Origin: Hydrogenophaga sp.
GTDB lineage: Bacteria; Pseudomonadota; Gammaproteobacteria; Burkholderiales; Burkholderiaceae_C
DNA: 64,000 bases
Direction: 5' to 3'
Assembly (NCBI GenBank): GCA_021154985.1
Contig: JAJNQE010000025.1
Location: forward strand, 19,026 to 83,025
Numbering within the stretch: the stretch's first letter is position 1; the number at the start of each line of letters is the position of its first letter. The translations under genes were made by a program, and so were the position numbers. Shown here piece after piece: positions 1 to 9,845 of this stretch. The notes beneath the pieces were generated by a model. That model searched no databases. It was not told the DNA's origin and saw only the letters and a list, made by a program, of their open reading frames with translations.

Positions 1-384
1 CATGTGACGACCGACATGAAGATCTACAAGGAAGAGATCTTCGGCCCGGTGCTCAGCTGCGTGCGCGTGCCCGACTTTGCGCAAGCCGTGCAGATCATCA
101 ACGACCACGAATTCGGCAACGGCGTGAGCTGCTTCACCCGCGACGGCAACGTGGCCCGTGAATTCGCACGCCGCATCCAGGTGGGCATGGTCGGCATCAA
201 CGTGCCGATCCCGGTGCCCATGGCCTGGCATGGTTTTGGTGGCTGGAAGAAGAGCCTGTTTGGCGACATGCACGCCTACGGCGAAGAGGGCGTGCGCTTC
301 TACACCAAGCAGAAATCGATCATGCAGCGCTGGCCCGAGAGCATCGGCAAGGGCGCCGAGTTCGTGATGCCCACCGCAAAGTGA
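1..384 (+). CDS. mmsA: CoA-acylating methylmalonate-semialdehyde dehydrogenase, C-terminal part (5' truncated by window)
   Basis: EEIFGPVL and [12 protein letters not shown]...[11 protein letters not shown] motifs typical of MMSDH. Confidence 0.9.
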   Translation, partial: HVTTDMKIYKEEIFGPVLSCVRVPDFAQAVQIINDHEFGNGVSCFTRDGNVAREFARRIQVGMVGINVPIPVPMAWHGFGGWKKSLFGDMHAYGEEGVRFYTKQKSIMQRWPESIGKGAEFVMPTAK

Positions 385-686
385 AGCAGGAGCCGGGCGT
401 GGACGACGGCAACAGCGCCTACGACCCGGCCCAAGGCGACTGGAAAACGCTCGTCACGTTTTTCAGTCCCACAGAGGCCTACCTGCTGCGCGGGTGCTTG
501 CAAGCGGGCGGCGTTCCCGCCACGGTGGCCGACGCGCATCTGGTGCAGAGCTACACCCTGCTGGCGGGCGCCATTCCGGTTCGGGTGATGGTGCCCGAGC
601 TGCGTTTTGCCGAAGCCGAAGCCGTGGTTGCGGCCTTCAAGCGCGGCGATTTCAGTCTGGACGACACAGACCCCGAGACACCATGA
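381..686 (+). CDS. small DUF2007-like (putative signal-transducing) protein
   Basis: [20 protein letters not shown]...VRVMVP pattern; start and stop overlap both neighbours by 4 nt (GTGA, ATGA). Confidence 0.7.
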   Translation: MKQEPGVDDGNSAYDPAQGDWKTLVTFFSPTEAYLLRGCLQAGGVPATVADAHLVQSYTLLAGAIPVRVMVPELRFAEAEAVVAAFKRGDFSLDDTDPETP

Positions 687-2326
687 ACAACACCACCTTC
701 GACTTCATCGTCATTGGCGCCGGCACCGCGGGCTGCCTGCTGGCCAACCGCCTGAGCGCCGACGCGAGCAAGCGTGTGCTGCTGGTCGAGGCTGGCCGCA
801 AGGACGACTACCACTGGATCCACATCCCCGTGGGATACCTCTACTGCATCGGCAACCCGCGCACCGACTGGCTCTACCAGACCGAGCCCGACCCGGGGCT
901 CAACGGCCGCCGGCTTCGCTACCCGCGCGGCAAGGGCCTGGGCGGTTGCTCCAGCATCAACGGGATGATCTACATGCGCGGACAGAGCCGCGACTACGAC
1001 CAGTGGGCCAGCCTCACGGGCGACGACGCCTGGCGCTGGGACAACTGCCTGCCCGACTTCAAGGCGCACGAAAACCACCACCGGCTCGACGCCGCGCAAG
1101 ACCCCGCGTTTGCAAGGTTGCACGGCCATGGCGGTGAGTGGCGCATCGAAAAACAGCGCCTGCGCTGGGACGTGCTGGACGCCTTCGCTCAAGCCGCGCA
1201 ACAGGCCGGCGTGCCCGCCACGCCCGACTTCAACACCGGCAACAACGAAGGCGTTGGCTACTTCGAGGTGAACCAGAAAAGCGGCTGGCGCTGGAACGCC
1301 TCCAAGGCCTTCCTGCGCCCCGCCCAGGGCCGCCCCAACCTCACGGTGTGGACCGAAACCACCACCGAACAACTGGTGCTGGAGCGCGACGCCGCTGGCC
1401 AGCTGCGCTGCACAGGTGTGGCGCTGCTGCGCGACGGACAGCGCGTGCGCGTGTCGGCCACCCAGGAGGTGGTGCTGAGCGCAGGCAGCATCGGCTCACC
1501 GGCCATCTTGCAGCGCTCGGGCATTGGCCCGGCCGCTGTGTTGCAGCAGCTCGGCATCGCGGTGCAACACCACCTGCCCGGGGTGGGCGAAAACCTGCAG
1601 GACCACCTGCAGATCCGCGCGGTGTTCAAGGTGCAGGGAGCAACCACGCTCAACGTGCTGGCCAGCAGTCTGTGGGGCAAAGCGAAGATCGGCCTGGAAT
1701 ACGCGCTCAAGCGAAGCGGCCCCATGAGCATGGCGCCCAGCCAGCTCGGCGCCTTCACCCGCAGCGACCCGGCCCAGCCCTGGCCCAACATCCAGTACCA
1801 CGTGCAGCCGCTCAGCCTGGATGCGTTTGGTGAACCGCTGCACAGCTTCCCCGCGTTCACCGCCAGCGTGTGCAACCTCAACCCGACCAGCCGAGGGCAT
1901 GTGCGGATCACCTCGGCGCAGCCCGGCGCCGCGCCGGCGATTGCGCCGAATTACCTGAGCACATCCGAAGACCGCCAGGTGGCCGCCGACAGCCTGCGCG
2001 TGACGCGCCGAATCGTGGCCCAGCCGGCGCTGGCGAAATATCAGCCGCAGGAGCACAAGCCGGGTGTGCAGTTTCAGAGCGACGACGAGCTGGCCCGGCT
2101 GGCCGGCGACATCGCCAGCACGATTTTTCACCCGGTGGGCACCACCAAGATGGGTGCCGACAACGACCCCCTGGCGGTGGTGGACAGCCACCTGCGCGTG
2201 CGCGGCGTGGCGGGTTTGCGCGTGGTCGATGCGGGCGTGATGCCCACCATCACCAGCGGCAACACCAACAGCCCCACCCTGATGATTGCGGAGAAGGCAG
2301 CGCGCTGGATCTTGAACGCGGCGTGA
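683..2326 (+). CDS. GMC family FAD oxidoreductase (choline dehydrogenase-like)
   Basis: DFIVIGAGTAG Rossmann motif, RGKGLGGCSSINGMIY, C-terminal GNTNSPTLMIAEK; ATG at 683 overlaps upstream stop. Confidence 0.92.
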   Translation: MNNTTFDFIVIGAGTAGCLLANRLSADASKRVLLVEAGRKDDYHWIHIPVGYLYCIGNPRTDWLYQTEPDPGLNGRRLRYPRGKGLGGCSSINGMIYMRGQSRDYDQWASLTGDDAWRWDNCLPDFKAHENHHRLDAAQDPAFARLHGHGGEWRIEKQRLRWDVLDAFAQAAQQAGVPATPDFNTGNNEGVGYFEVNQKSGWRWNASKAFLRPAQGRPNLTVWTETTTEQLVLERDAAGQLRCTGVALLRDGQRVRVSATQEVVLSAGSIGSPAILQRSGIGPAAVLQQLGIAVQHHLPGVGENLQDHLQIRAVFKVQGATTLNVLASSLWGKAKIGLEYALKRSGPMSMAPSQLGAFTRSDPAQPWPNIQYHVQPLSLDAFGEPLHSFPAFTASVCNLNPTSRGHVRITSAQPGAAPAIAPNYLSTSEDRQVAADSLRVTRRIVAQPALAKYQPQEHKPGVQFQSDDELARLAGDIASTIFHPVGTTKMGADNDPLAVVDSHLRVRGVAGLRVVDAGVMPTITSGNTNSPTLMIAEKAARWILNAA

Positions 2327-2339
2327 CCGGAAGCCGACC

Positions 2340-2419
2340 GATCCGCCGCCGGGCCGCCCCAAGGCGGATCAGCCCCCTCGGGGGGCAGCGGACCACGCGC
2401 AGCGAGGGAGCGTGGGGGC
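2340..2419. repeat. GC-rich multi-hairpin REP/MITE-like intergenic element
   Basis: GATCCGCC...GGCGGATC stem, then GCCCCCTCGGGGGGC hairpin and GGGGG tail, between convergent genes; shares the CCCCC-N-GGGGG hairpin with elements at 15891 and 61741. Confidence 0.6.
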
Positions 2420-4288
2420 CTATATCTCGATTTTCGAGCCGAGCTCGATCACCGCGTTGTTCGGCAGGTGCAGAAATTGCGCGGCCGCGCTGGCGTTGTG
2501 GTGCATCTGGGCAAACAGCTTTTCGCGCCACGGCGCCATGCCGCCACCCAGCGTGGGCGTGACCACGTCGCGTGAGAGGAAGTAGCTGGTCGTCATCGCC
2601 TCCATCTCGCACCCGTGGCCGCGCATCAGCTGCAGCGCCTTGGGCACATCGGGCTCGTCCTTGAAGCCGTAGTTCAGCGTCACGGCCCAGCAATCGTGGC
2701 CCAGTGGCTCGATCTGCAAGCGCTGACCAGGCGCGATCCACGGCACCTCGTGGCTGCGCACCGTCACAAACAGGTTCTGGTCGTGCAGCACCTTGTTGTG
2801 CTTGAGGTTGTGCAACATCGCGTTGGGCACATTGCCTCGCTCGGCGGTGAGGAACACCGCCGTGCCCGCCACGCGCACCGGCGGGCTCACGAACACCGCT
2901 TCCAGAAAACCCGGCAGGTCCAGCGCCTCGGCCTGCTGGGCTTCGGCCATGAGGCTGCGGCCGCGCTTCCAGGTCATCATGAGCGTGAACACCAGCCCGC
3001 CGATGAGCAACGGAAACCAGCCACCGGCGAACAGCTTTAGCAGGTTGGAGGTGAAGAACGCGAGGTCGACCACGAAGAAGAACCCGGTGGCGGCCACGCA
3101 CAGCCACAGCGGGTATTTCCAGCCGTAGCGGATCACATAAAACGTGAGCACGGTGGTGATCAGCATGTCCAGCGTCACGGCGATGCCGTAAGCCGCGGCC
3201 AGGTTGGTGGACGACTTGAACATCACCACCGCCAGCACGATCGCGGCGAACAGGCCCCAGTTGACGAAGGGCATGTAGATCTGGCCGGTGTCGTGTTCGC
3301 TGGTGTGCTGCACCTGCAGGCGCGGCAAATACCCCAGCTGCATGGCCTGTTTGGTCACGCTGAAAGCCCCGGTGATCAGCGCCTGCGAAGCGATCACCGT
3401 GGCCATGGTGGCCAGCAGCACCAGCGGCAGCAAGGCCCAGTCGGGCGCCATGTTGAAGAACGGGTTTTTCACCGCCTCGGGCCGCTCGAGCAAAAGCGCG
3501 CCCTGGCCAAAGTAGTTCAGCGTCAGGCAAGGCATGACCACCAGAAACCAGGCCAGGCGGATCGGCTTCTTGCCGAAATGGCCCAGGTCGGCGTAAAGCG
3601 CTTCAGCCCCGGTGACACACAGCACCACCGCGCCCAGGATGATGAAGGTGGTGCCCGGCTGCTGCCACATGAAGCGCAGCGCATGGTGCGGACTGAGCGC
3701 GGCCAGGATCTCGGGGTGGTCCACGATCTGCACCACGCCCAGACCGGCGACGGTGAGGAACCACACCACGGTGATGGGGCCGAAAAACTTGCCGATGCCG
3801 CCGGTGCCGCGTTTTTGCACCGCGAACAGCGCGAACAGCACCAGCAACGTGATCGGCACCACGTACTGGCGGAAAGCGGGCGAGATGACCTCCAGGCCTT
3901 CCACCGCCGACAGCACCGAGATCGCCGGGGTGATGACACCGTCACCGTAGAACAGCGCGGTGCCGAAGATGCCGATGGCCAGCAGTGTCTGGCGCAGCTC
4001 GGGCCGGTCTTTCACCGCGGTGGAGGCCAGTGCCAGCATGGCAATGAGGCCGCCCTCGCCGTGGTTGTCGGCACGCAGCACCAACACCACGTACTTCAGC
4101 GACACGATCACGGTCAGCGTCCAGAACAGGATGGACAGGATGCCGTAGACGTTGGCGTGGGTGAAGGGAACGTGGCCGGAACCGAAGACTTCCTTGACGG
4201 CGTACAGCACGCTGGTGCCGATGTCGCCGTAGACCACACCGATGGCGCCCAGGGTGAGCGCGGCAAGAGACGATTTGGAAGCTGACAC
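2420..4288 (-). CDS. kup: potassium uptake protein Kup
   Basis: [35 protein letters not shown] motifs; multiple TM helices. Confidence 0.97.
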   Translation of the reverse strand: MSASKSSLAALTLGAIGVVYGDIGTSVLYAVKEVFGSGHVPFTHANVYGILSILFWTLTVIVSLKYVVLVLRADNHGEGGLIAMLALASTAVKDRPELRQTLLAIGIFGTALFYGDGVITPAISVLSAVEGLEVISPAFRQYVVPITLLVLFALFAVQKRGTGGIGKFFGPITVVWFLTVAGLGVVQIVDHPEILAALSPHHALRFMWQQPGTTFIILGAVVLCVTGAEALYADLGHFGKKPIRLAWFLVVMPCLTLNYFGQGALLLERPEAVKNPFFNMAPDWALLPLVLLATMATVIASQALITGAFSVTKQAMQLGYLPRLQVQHTSEHDTGQIYMPFVNWGLFAAIVLAVVMFKSSTNLAAAYGIAVTLDMLITTVLTFYVIRYGWKYPLWLCVAATGFFFVVDLAFFTSNLLKLFAGGWFPLLIGGLVFTLMMTWKRGRSLMAEAQQAEALDLPGFLEAVFVSPPVRVAGTAVFLTAERGNVPNAMLHNLKHNKVLHDQNLFVTVRSHEVPWIAPGQRLQIEPLGHDCWAVTLNYGFKDEPDVPKALQLMRGHGCEMEAMTTSYFLSRDVVTPTLGGGMAPWREKLFAQMHHNASAAAQFLHLPNNAVIELGSKIEI

Positions 4289-4420
4289 AAAACAACCCCG
4301 GCCTTGCGGGCGCGGGGCAGGTTGTCTGGGGACCGCGATTTTGCGCCTGCCCCGGCCTCCGTGTCTGTGGGCCGGGGGCTCTAAAGCGCAGCTCCAGTGT
4401 CTATGTTGCGCTGCAGCAAC

Positions 4421-5713
4421 TCACTCGTAGACCTCGGCGTCGGGGTCGGTGGCTTCCAGCTCGTAGCTCGCCGCCAGCATGGCCAGGCGGCCAATGACGC
4501 CGTACATGTAGAAGCGGTTGGGCACGCTCGCACCCGGTTTGACGCCGGGCTGCGGCAGCTGCGCGCTCTGCTCGAACGCCAGCGGCACGTAGCTGGAGCC
4601 GGGTGCGTTGAGGTTTTCGTCCACGCCACGGTCGGCGTGCACGCGGTAGAAGCCGCCCACCACGTAGCGGTCCATCATGTAGACCACCGGCTCGGCCACC
4701 GCGCTGTTGATGCGCTCGTTGGTGAGCACACCTTCTTGAATGATCACCTCGTGCACCGCCTGGCCCGACTGTGTGACGGCCATGTGGGCCTTGGTCTTGG
4801 CGGAAAGGTTGTCGATCTCGCGCGCGTCGCGCACGGTGAGGATGCCCATGCCGCCGGTGCCGTTGTCGGCCTTGACCACGACAAACGGCTTCTCGTTGAT
4901 GCCGTACTCCTTGTACTTGCGGCGGATCTTGCCCAGCAGCGCGTCGGTGTTGCTGCGCAGGCATTCGAGCCCGGCGTCGGTGTTGAAGTCGACCTCGCCG
5001 CACTGGTTGAACATCGGATTGATCAGCCAGTGGTCCATGCCGAGGAGCTTGCCGAAGCGCTTGGACACCTCTTCGTAGGCCTTGAAGTGGTGGCTCTTGC
5101 GCCGCGTGGGCCAGCCACCGTGCAGCGGCGGCAGCAGGTACTGCTCGTGCAGGTCTTCCACGATGCCGGGCACGCCCGCGCTCAGGTCGTTGTTGAGCAG
5201 GATGGTGCAGGGATCGAAGTTTTTCAGGCCCAGGCGCCGCTTGGTGCGGATCAGCGGCTCCAGCACCACCTTTTCGCCACCTGGCAGCTCGATCGTGGTG
5301 GGCGCCTTGATGTCGTTGGACATGGAGCCCAGCCGCACATTGAGACCGGCCATGTAGAAGATGCGCTGAAGCTGCGCCAGGTTGCTCAGGTAGAAGGTGT
5401 CACGCGTGTTCTCGGGGATCAGCAGCAGGTTCTTGGCCTCGGGGCAGATCTTCTCGATCGCGGCCATGGCCGCCTGCACCGCCAGGGGAATCATCTCGGG
5501 CGTGAGGTGGTTCCAGCCGCCGGGGTAGAGGTTGGTGTCCACCGGTGCCAGCTTGAAGCCGGCGTTGCGCACGTCGACCGAGCTGTAGAACGGCGGCGTG
5601 TGCTCCATCCACTCCAGCCGGAACCAGCGCTCGATCACCGGGGTGGACTCGAGGATGCGCTGCTCAAGCTCGTTGATGGGGCCGGTGAGGGCGGTGACGA
5701 GGTGGGGGACCAT
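4421..5713 (-). CDS. gshA: glutamate--cysteine ligase (betaproteobacterial type)
   Basis: MVPHLVTALTGPINELE...PPFYSSVDVRNAGFKLAPVDTNLYPGGWN signature. Confidence 0.93.
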   Translation of the reverse strand: MVPHLVTALTGPINELEQRILESTPVIERWFRLEWMEHTPPFYSSVDVRNAGFKLAPVDTNLYPGGWNHLTPEMIPLAVQAAMAAIEKICPEAKNLLLIPENTRDTFYLSNLAQLQRIFYMAGLNVRLGSMSNDIKAPTTIELPGGEKVVLEPLIRTKRRLGLKNFDPCTILLNNDLSAGVPGIVEDLHEQYLLPPLHGGWPTRRKSHHFKAYEEVSKRFGKLLGMDHWLINPMFNQCGEVDFNTDAGLECLRSNTDALLGKIRRKYKEYGINEKPFVVVKADNGTGGMGILTVRDAREIDNLSAKTKAHMAVTQSGQAVHEVIIQEGVLTNERINSAVAEPVVYMMDRYVVGGFYRVHADRGVDENLNAPGSSYVPLAFEQSAQLPQPGVKPGASVPNRFYMYGVIGRLAMLAASYELEATDPDAEVYE

Positions 5714-5793
5714 GGGAGGAGGCCTGCGGTGACAACGGGTGGGGGTAGTCAGTGTAATGGGGTCGCATGATGACTTTGCAAGGCATTCCTTGC

Positions 5794-5822
5794 TTGCCCA
5801 TCGATCAAATCGTACATACAAT
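5794..5822 (+). promoter_or_regulatory. sigma70-type promoter of brnTA
   Basis: TTGCCC (5794-5799), 17 bp, TACAAT (5817-5822); GTG start 8 nt downstream. Confidence 0.7.
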
Positions 5823-5829
5823 AAAGATC

Positions 5830-6108
5830 GTGCAAATCAGCTTCGATCCTGAAAAGAACGAACGAAACATCCGCGAGCGCAACTTGCCGTTTGCTCAGGC
5901 CGTGGATTTTGATTTCAACAACGCGCTCGTCGAGATCGACAGTCGGCATGCCTACGGCGAGAAGCGCTACGTGGCACTGGGCCACCTTCGCGGCCGGTTG
6001 CATGTCTTGTGTTTCACAGAAACCCTTGAGGGCATTCGTGTCATCAGTTTTCGAAAAGCCAACGAACGGGAGGTAAAACGCCATGGCCGTATCCAAGCCC
6101 CTGACTAA
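5830..6108 (+). CDS. brnT: BrnT family toxin (ribonuclease)
   Basis: FDPEKNERNIRER, YGEKRYVALG, IRVISFRKANERE motifs. Confidence 0.9.
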   Translation: MQISFDPEKNERNIRERNLPFAQAVDFDFNNALVEIDSRHAYGEKRYVALGHLRGRLHVLCFTETLEGIRVISFRKANEREVKRHGRIQAPD

Positions 6109-6364
6109 CGCCGCAGGCGAAGTCCGCGAATTGACCGCAGCCGATGTGAAGCGCTTCAAACCCGCAAAACACGCCCTGCCGGGCAGTTTGATGGCAAAGC
6201 TCAAGGTGCGCGGGCCGCAAAAAACGCCCACCAAGGAGCGGATCACGATCCGCCTGTCACCCGAAGTCGTTCAGGAATTCCGTGACACCGGCGAGGGTTG
6301 GCAGACCCGGGTTGACTCAGCGCTCAAGGACTGGTTGCGTTCGCACGACCCAGCCAACGTTTAG
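6083..6364 (+). CDS. brnA: BrnA family antitoxin
   Basis: RGPQKTPTKERITIRLSPEVVQEFRDTGEGWQTRVD C-terminal RHH motif; overlaps toxin gene. Confidence 0.9.
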   Translation: MAVSKPLTNAAGEVRELTAADVKRFKPAKHALPGSLMAKLKVRGPQKTPTKERITIRLSPEVVQEFRDTGEGWQTRVDSALKDWLRSHDPANV

Positions 6365-6630
6365 ACCCCGAAGCGCGCGGCCGTGCGCGCACGGGCCTTG
6401 GCCGCTTCCACGTCGCGGTCGCGCGGCTCGGCGCTGGTGCGCAGCGACTGGATGAGCTCGCGGGCAGAGCCGGCCACCTGCTCCACTGCGCGCTCAAACG
6501 CGGCCTCGTTGGCCTGCGACGGCACGTTGAACCCGCTGAGCTTGCGCACGAACTGCAAGGCCGCGTCACGGATTTCCAGCTCCGTGGCGGGTGGTTCGAA
6601 ATTGAACAGGGTCTTGATGTTGCGGCACAT
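6361..6630 (-). CDS. DUF2277 family protein
   Basis: MCRNIKTLFNFEPPATELEIRDAALQFVRKLSG signature; GGGAGAGG RBS. Confidence 0.88.
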   Translation of the reverse strand: MCRNIKTLFNFEPPATELEIRDAALQFVRKLSGFNVPSQANEAAFERAVEQVAGSARELIQSLRTSAEPRDRDVEAAKARARTAARFGV

Positions 6631-6653
6631 GGCCTCTCCCTCCAGACAGTCGA

Positions 6654-7934
6654 TCACCCCCGCACTTCGCCCTCGCCCAGCACCACATATTTCAGCGAGG
6701 TCAGGCCCTCCACGCCCACCGGCCCACGCGCGTGAAACTTGTCGGTGGAAATACCAATTTCGGCACCCAGGCCAAACTCAAAGCCATCCGCGAAGCGGGT
6801 GCTGGTGTTCACCATCACGCTGGCCGAATCCACCTCGCGCAGAAAGCGCTGCGCGTGCACGTGGTCGGTGGTGAGGATGGCGTCGGTGTGGTGGCTGCTG
6901 TAGCGGTTGATGTGGGCAATGGCCTCGTCGACGCCGCCCACCAGCTTGATGCTGATGACGGGGGCGAGGTACTCCTCGAACCAGTCGGCTTCGGTCGCGT
7001 CTTTGAGGTCAGCACCCGGCACCGCCAGGAGGATGGCCTTGCTCTCGGGGCAGCAGCGCATCTCCACCCCCTTGGCGGCGAAGATGGCGCCGATCTTCGG
7101 CAGGAAGCTGACCGCCACGCCGCGCGCCACCAACAGGCTCTCGGTCGCGTTGCAGGGGCTGTATTTCTGGGTCTTGGCGTTGTCGGTCACCTTCACGGCC
7201 AGCGCGATGTCGCTGGGATCGTCCACATAGGTGTGGCAGTTGCCGTCCAGGTGTTTGATCACCGGCACCTTGGCCTCGGCGCTGATGCGCTCGATGAGCC
7301 CTTTGCCGCCGCGCGGAATGATCACGTCCACGTATTGCGGCATGGTGATGAGCTGACCCACGGCGGCGCGGTCGGTGGTGGGCACGAGTTGCACCGCATC
7401 GGCCGGCAGGCCGGCGTCCACCAGCGCGCGCTGCACCAGCAAGGCCAGGGCGCGGTTGGATTCGATGGCCTCGGAGCCCCCGCGCAGAATGGCCGCATTG
7501 CCGCTCTTGATGGCGAGCGAGGCGGCTTCAATGGTCACGTTGGGCCGGCTCTCATAGATCATGCCGAACACGCCGATGGGCACCCGCATCTGCCCCACGC
7601 GGATGCCGCTGGGCATCTGCTTCATGCCGGTGATGTCGCCAATGATGTCGGGCATGGCCGCTAGCTGTTCACAGCCTTGCGCGCAGGTCTCCAGGACCTT
7701 GGGCGTGAGCTTGAGGCGGTCCACCATGGGCTCGGCCAGGCCGGCGGCGCGAGCGCGCTCCAGGTCCTTGGCGTTGTCCACCTGCAGCGCGTCCACACTG
7801 GCGCGCAGCAAGGCGGCCAGGCCGAGCAAGGCGCGCTGCTTGGTGGCCGCGCTGGCTTTGGCCATGAGCGCCGAGGCCGCCTTGGCCTGCAGCCCCAGGG
7901 TGTTCATGAGTTCGGTGGTGTTGGTCGCGTTCAT
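6654..7934 (-). CDS. proA: gamma-glutamyl phosphate reductase
   Basis: [15 protein letters not shown] catalytic Cys, [20 protein letters not shown]. Confidence 0.97.
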   Translation of the reverse strand: MNATNTTELMNTLGLQAKAASALMAKASAATKQRALLGLAALLRASVDALQVDNAKDLERARAAGLAEPMVDRLKLTPKVLETCAQGCEQLAAMPDIIGDITGMKQMPSGIRVGQMRVPIGVFGMIYESRPNVTIEAASLAIKSGNAAILRGGSEAIESNRALALLVQRALVDAGLPADAVQLVPTTDRAAVGQLITMPQYVDVIIPRGGKGLIERISAEAKVPVIKHLDGNCHTYVDDPSDIALAVKVTDNAKTQKYSPCNATESLLVARGVAVSFLPKIGAIFAAKGVEMRCCPESKAILLAVPGADLKDATEADWFEEYLAPVISIKLVGGVDEAIAHINRYSSHHTDAILTTDHVHAQRFLREVDSASVMVNTSTRFADGFEFGLGAEIGISTDKFHARGPVGVEGLTSLKYVVLGEGEVRG

Positions 7935-8050
7935 GGCGCGATTTTCGCAGAGGCACTGAAACTTGGGGCCGCCGGGCTCAAGTTGCCGCGGCGTTGGCCG
8001 ATACACCGGATGAGATACCCACCCATCCGCCCTCCAAGCCCACCACCGCC

Positions 8051-8383
8051 ATGTCCCTGTCCATCGCCCCAGGCAGTTCGGCCGCCGCCATTGGCCTCAG
8101 CGGCATGCGCGCCGCTCAGCTCAAACTGGACTCGCACGCCCACAACGTGGCCAACGTGCAGACGCCGGACTTCAAACGGCAGGTGACGACCCAGACCGCG
8201 CGGCCCGACAGCGGCGGCGTGGACGCGCAGATCGGCCGCGAAACCGGGGTGTCGGCGCCGTTTGACCGACTGGCTGAAGACCTGGTGGGCCAGCGCTTGA
8301 GCCTTTACAGCTTTGCCGCCAACCTGCGGACCGTGCAGACGGAAGACCGGATGCTGGGGGCGTTGCTGGACATGAAAGCCTGA
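8051..8383 (+). CDS. orphan flagellar basal-body rod-like small protein
   Basis: [25 protein letters not shown]-terminal Flg_bb_rod motif and C-terminal ANL..V.T.D.MLG.LLD motif. Confidence 0.72.
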   Translation: MSLSIAPGSSAAAIGLSGMRAAQLKLDSHAHNVANVQTPDFKRQVTTQTARPDSGGVDAQIGRETGVSAPFDRLAEDLVGQRLSLYSFAANLRTVQTEDRMLGALLDMKA

Positions 8384-8415
8384 GGGTCTGCGCGACCGGC
8401 CGCGACCTCAAGCCT

Positions 8416-8991
8416 TCACAACAGGTTAACCACGTCCCGTAGATGAGCGGCGGTTTGCGGCAAGCCGCGCCGCTCAAGAAGATCCACCAGCGCCTCAGCG
8501 GTGACCTGCGGCCTCTCCCATCGCTCGCGCATGCCCTTGATGGCGGTCAGCGCCACACTGCCTCTGAGCATGATCTGGTTGAGCACGAACTCGTCGGGCG
8601 TTTGCAGTTCTATGCCAAACGAATCCAGCACGTTCGCTGGGAAGTCTTTTTCGTTCCACGTGATGATGGCGTCGGCGTGCCCGGCAATGGCTGCAGCGAG
8701 CACATGCCGATCATCGGCGTCGGGCAGTTGAAGCCCATCAATGAGATGCTCGTAGCCGGTCACCAGGCAGTCGGGAATTGCTGCCTCCATGGCTTCGGCA
8801 GCAGCCGCAATGTTGCGCCCTTGGTCAGGCCGATCTCTCAGCAGGGACCGTGTCCACTCAGCCCGAATGTGAGGCGTCCATTTGGCGCTGTAGAGATCGG
8901 CATGCGCCAGGCTGAGCAACACGTCGCGAAGCAGCGCCGGGTAGAGAACGTTGGCATCCAGCACCGCCGTGTAACGCGAGCTGCCGGCCAT
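8416..8991 (-). CDS. PIN domain ribonuclease toxin (PIN_3/VapC50-like)
   Basis: AVLDANVLYP, LPDADDRHVLAAA, IITWNEKDFP acidic PIN residues. Confidence 0.88.
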   Translation of the reverse strand: MAGSSRYTAVLDANVLYPALLRDVLLSLAHADLYSAKWTPHIRAEWTRSLLRDRPDQGRNIAAAAEAMEAAIPDCLVTGYEHLIDGLQLPDADDRHVLAAAIAGHADAIITWNEKDFPANVLDSFGIELQTPDEFVLNQIMLRGSVALTAIKGMRERWERPQVTAEALVDLLERRGLPQTAAHLRDVVNLL

Positions 8992-9450
8992 TTACAGCTC
9001 TTCTCCCATGTCCTCGGAGAGTTTGCTCAGTTGCTTGAGCGCCGCTTCCGACCGTTGCTTCTGAGCTGACTGGTAACGCAGAAGCTCTTCAAACTCGATA
9101 CGGCGATGCCGATTGACCAGCCTGCAGACCAGTCGGCCAGCTTCGATTTCCTTGATCACAAAGGGCCGCGACACGTTGAGGAACGCCGCCGCCTCCTGCG
9201 TGGTGAGCTCCAGCTTTTGAGGCACCAGCAGCATGGGCTCGCGCTTGGCCATTTGCCTCAACACGTCGGCAAAAAACCGCAGCGCTCGGGGGGGCAGGTG
9301 CAACACAGGCGCCGCGCCGCTATCGACCTCAATGGTCACTTTGATCGACTCGGCATTCGAATGGTCCAACGCCGCCACTAGGCATGCCCGCGCAGCTCCC
9401 GCCATCTCGGCTTCCGCTTCGCTGGCCGGGTCCAGGATTTGTTGGGGCAT
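8992..9450 (-). CDS. excisionase-family (HTH_17) DNA-binding protein, putative antitoxin
   Basis: ELTTQEAAAFLNVSRPFVIK...HRRI motif; abuts PIN gene with no gap. Confidence 0.85.
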   Translation of the reverse strand: MPQQILDPASEAEAEMAGAARACLVAALDHSNAESIKVTIEVDSGAAPVLHLPPRALRFFADVLRQMAKREPMLLVPQKLELTTQEAAAFLNVSRPFVIKEIEAGRLVCRLVNRHRRIEFEELLRYQSAQKQRSEAALKQLSKLSEDMGEEL

Positions 9451-9482
9451 GTGGGTTTTCCTGAAAGCGTTTGTGGAGATAT

Positions 9483-9518
9483 AGTGCGAAATATACGCAT
9501 CATTCGAATTATTCGCAA
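9483..9518 (-). promoter_or_regulatory. sigma70 promoter overlapped by four 9-bp imperfect tandem repeats (putative operator)
   Basis: minus strand TTGCGA-17bp-TATATT; units TTGCGAATA/ATTCGAATG/ATGCGTATA/TTTCGCACT. Confidence 0.65.
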
Positions 9519-9567
9519 CGCTCTCTAGGCCGGTCACGGGTTCCCCCGCTGAGCAAGGAGGCCGCTT

Positions 9568-9810
9568 GTGCCTATGGTTGTGAGCATGCGAACACCCATC
9601 CTCACAGCCCTGGTTGCCCTCATCACGCTGGGCGCAGCTTCTGCGTCAACCCCCTGGGTGATGTCGGCCTGCACCTCGCCTGGCAGCACCTTGGCCCACG
9701 GAGGAGGGCTCAACGCCTGCGGTTGCCACTTCAACCGCAAAACCGGGGAGTGTCATTGCCATCAAGCGAGGGGATGTGGATGTGCGTGTCAGCCGACGAG
9801 GTGCGGATAG
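9568..9810 (+). CDS. secreted Cys/His-rich YHYH-domain-like peptide
   Basis: AAGGAGG RBS 6 nt before GTG; hydrophobic signal peptide; HGGGLNACGCH..RKTGECHCH motif (alternative starts 9574, 9586). Confidence 0.7.
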   Translation: MPMVVSMRTPILTALVALITLGAASASTPWVMSACTSPGSTLAHGGGLNACGCHFNRKTGECHCHQARGCGCACQPTRCG

Positions 9811-9845
9811 AGTTCGAGCGACGAAAATAATTTAGGGGGATCGAT

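Noticed and set aside
8992..9450. Excisionase as evidence of a prophage
   Set aside because: No integrase, tRNA target, att repeats or phage genes; coupling to PIN favours an antitoxin.
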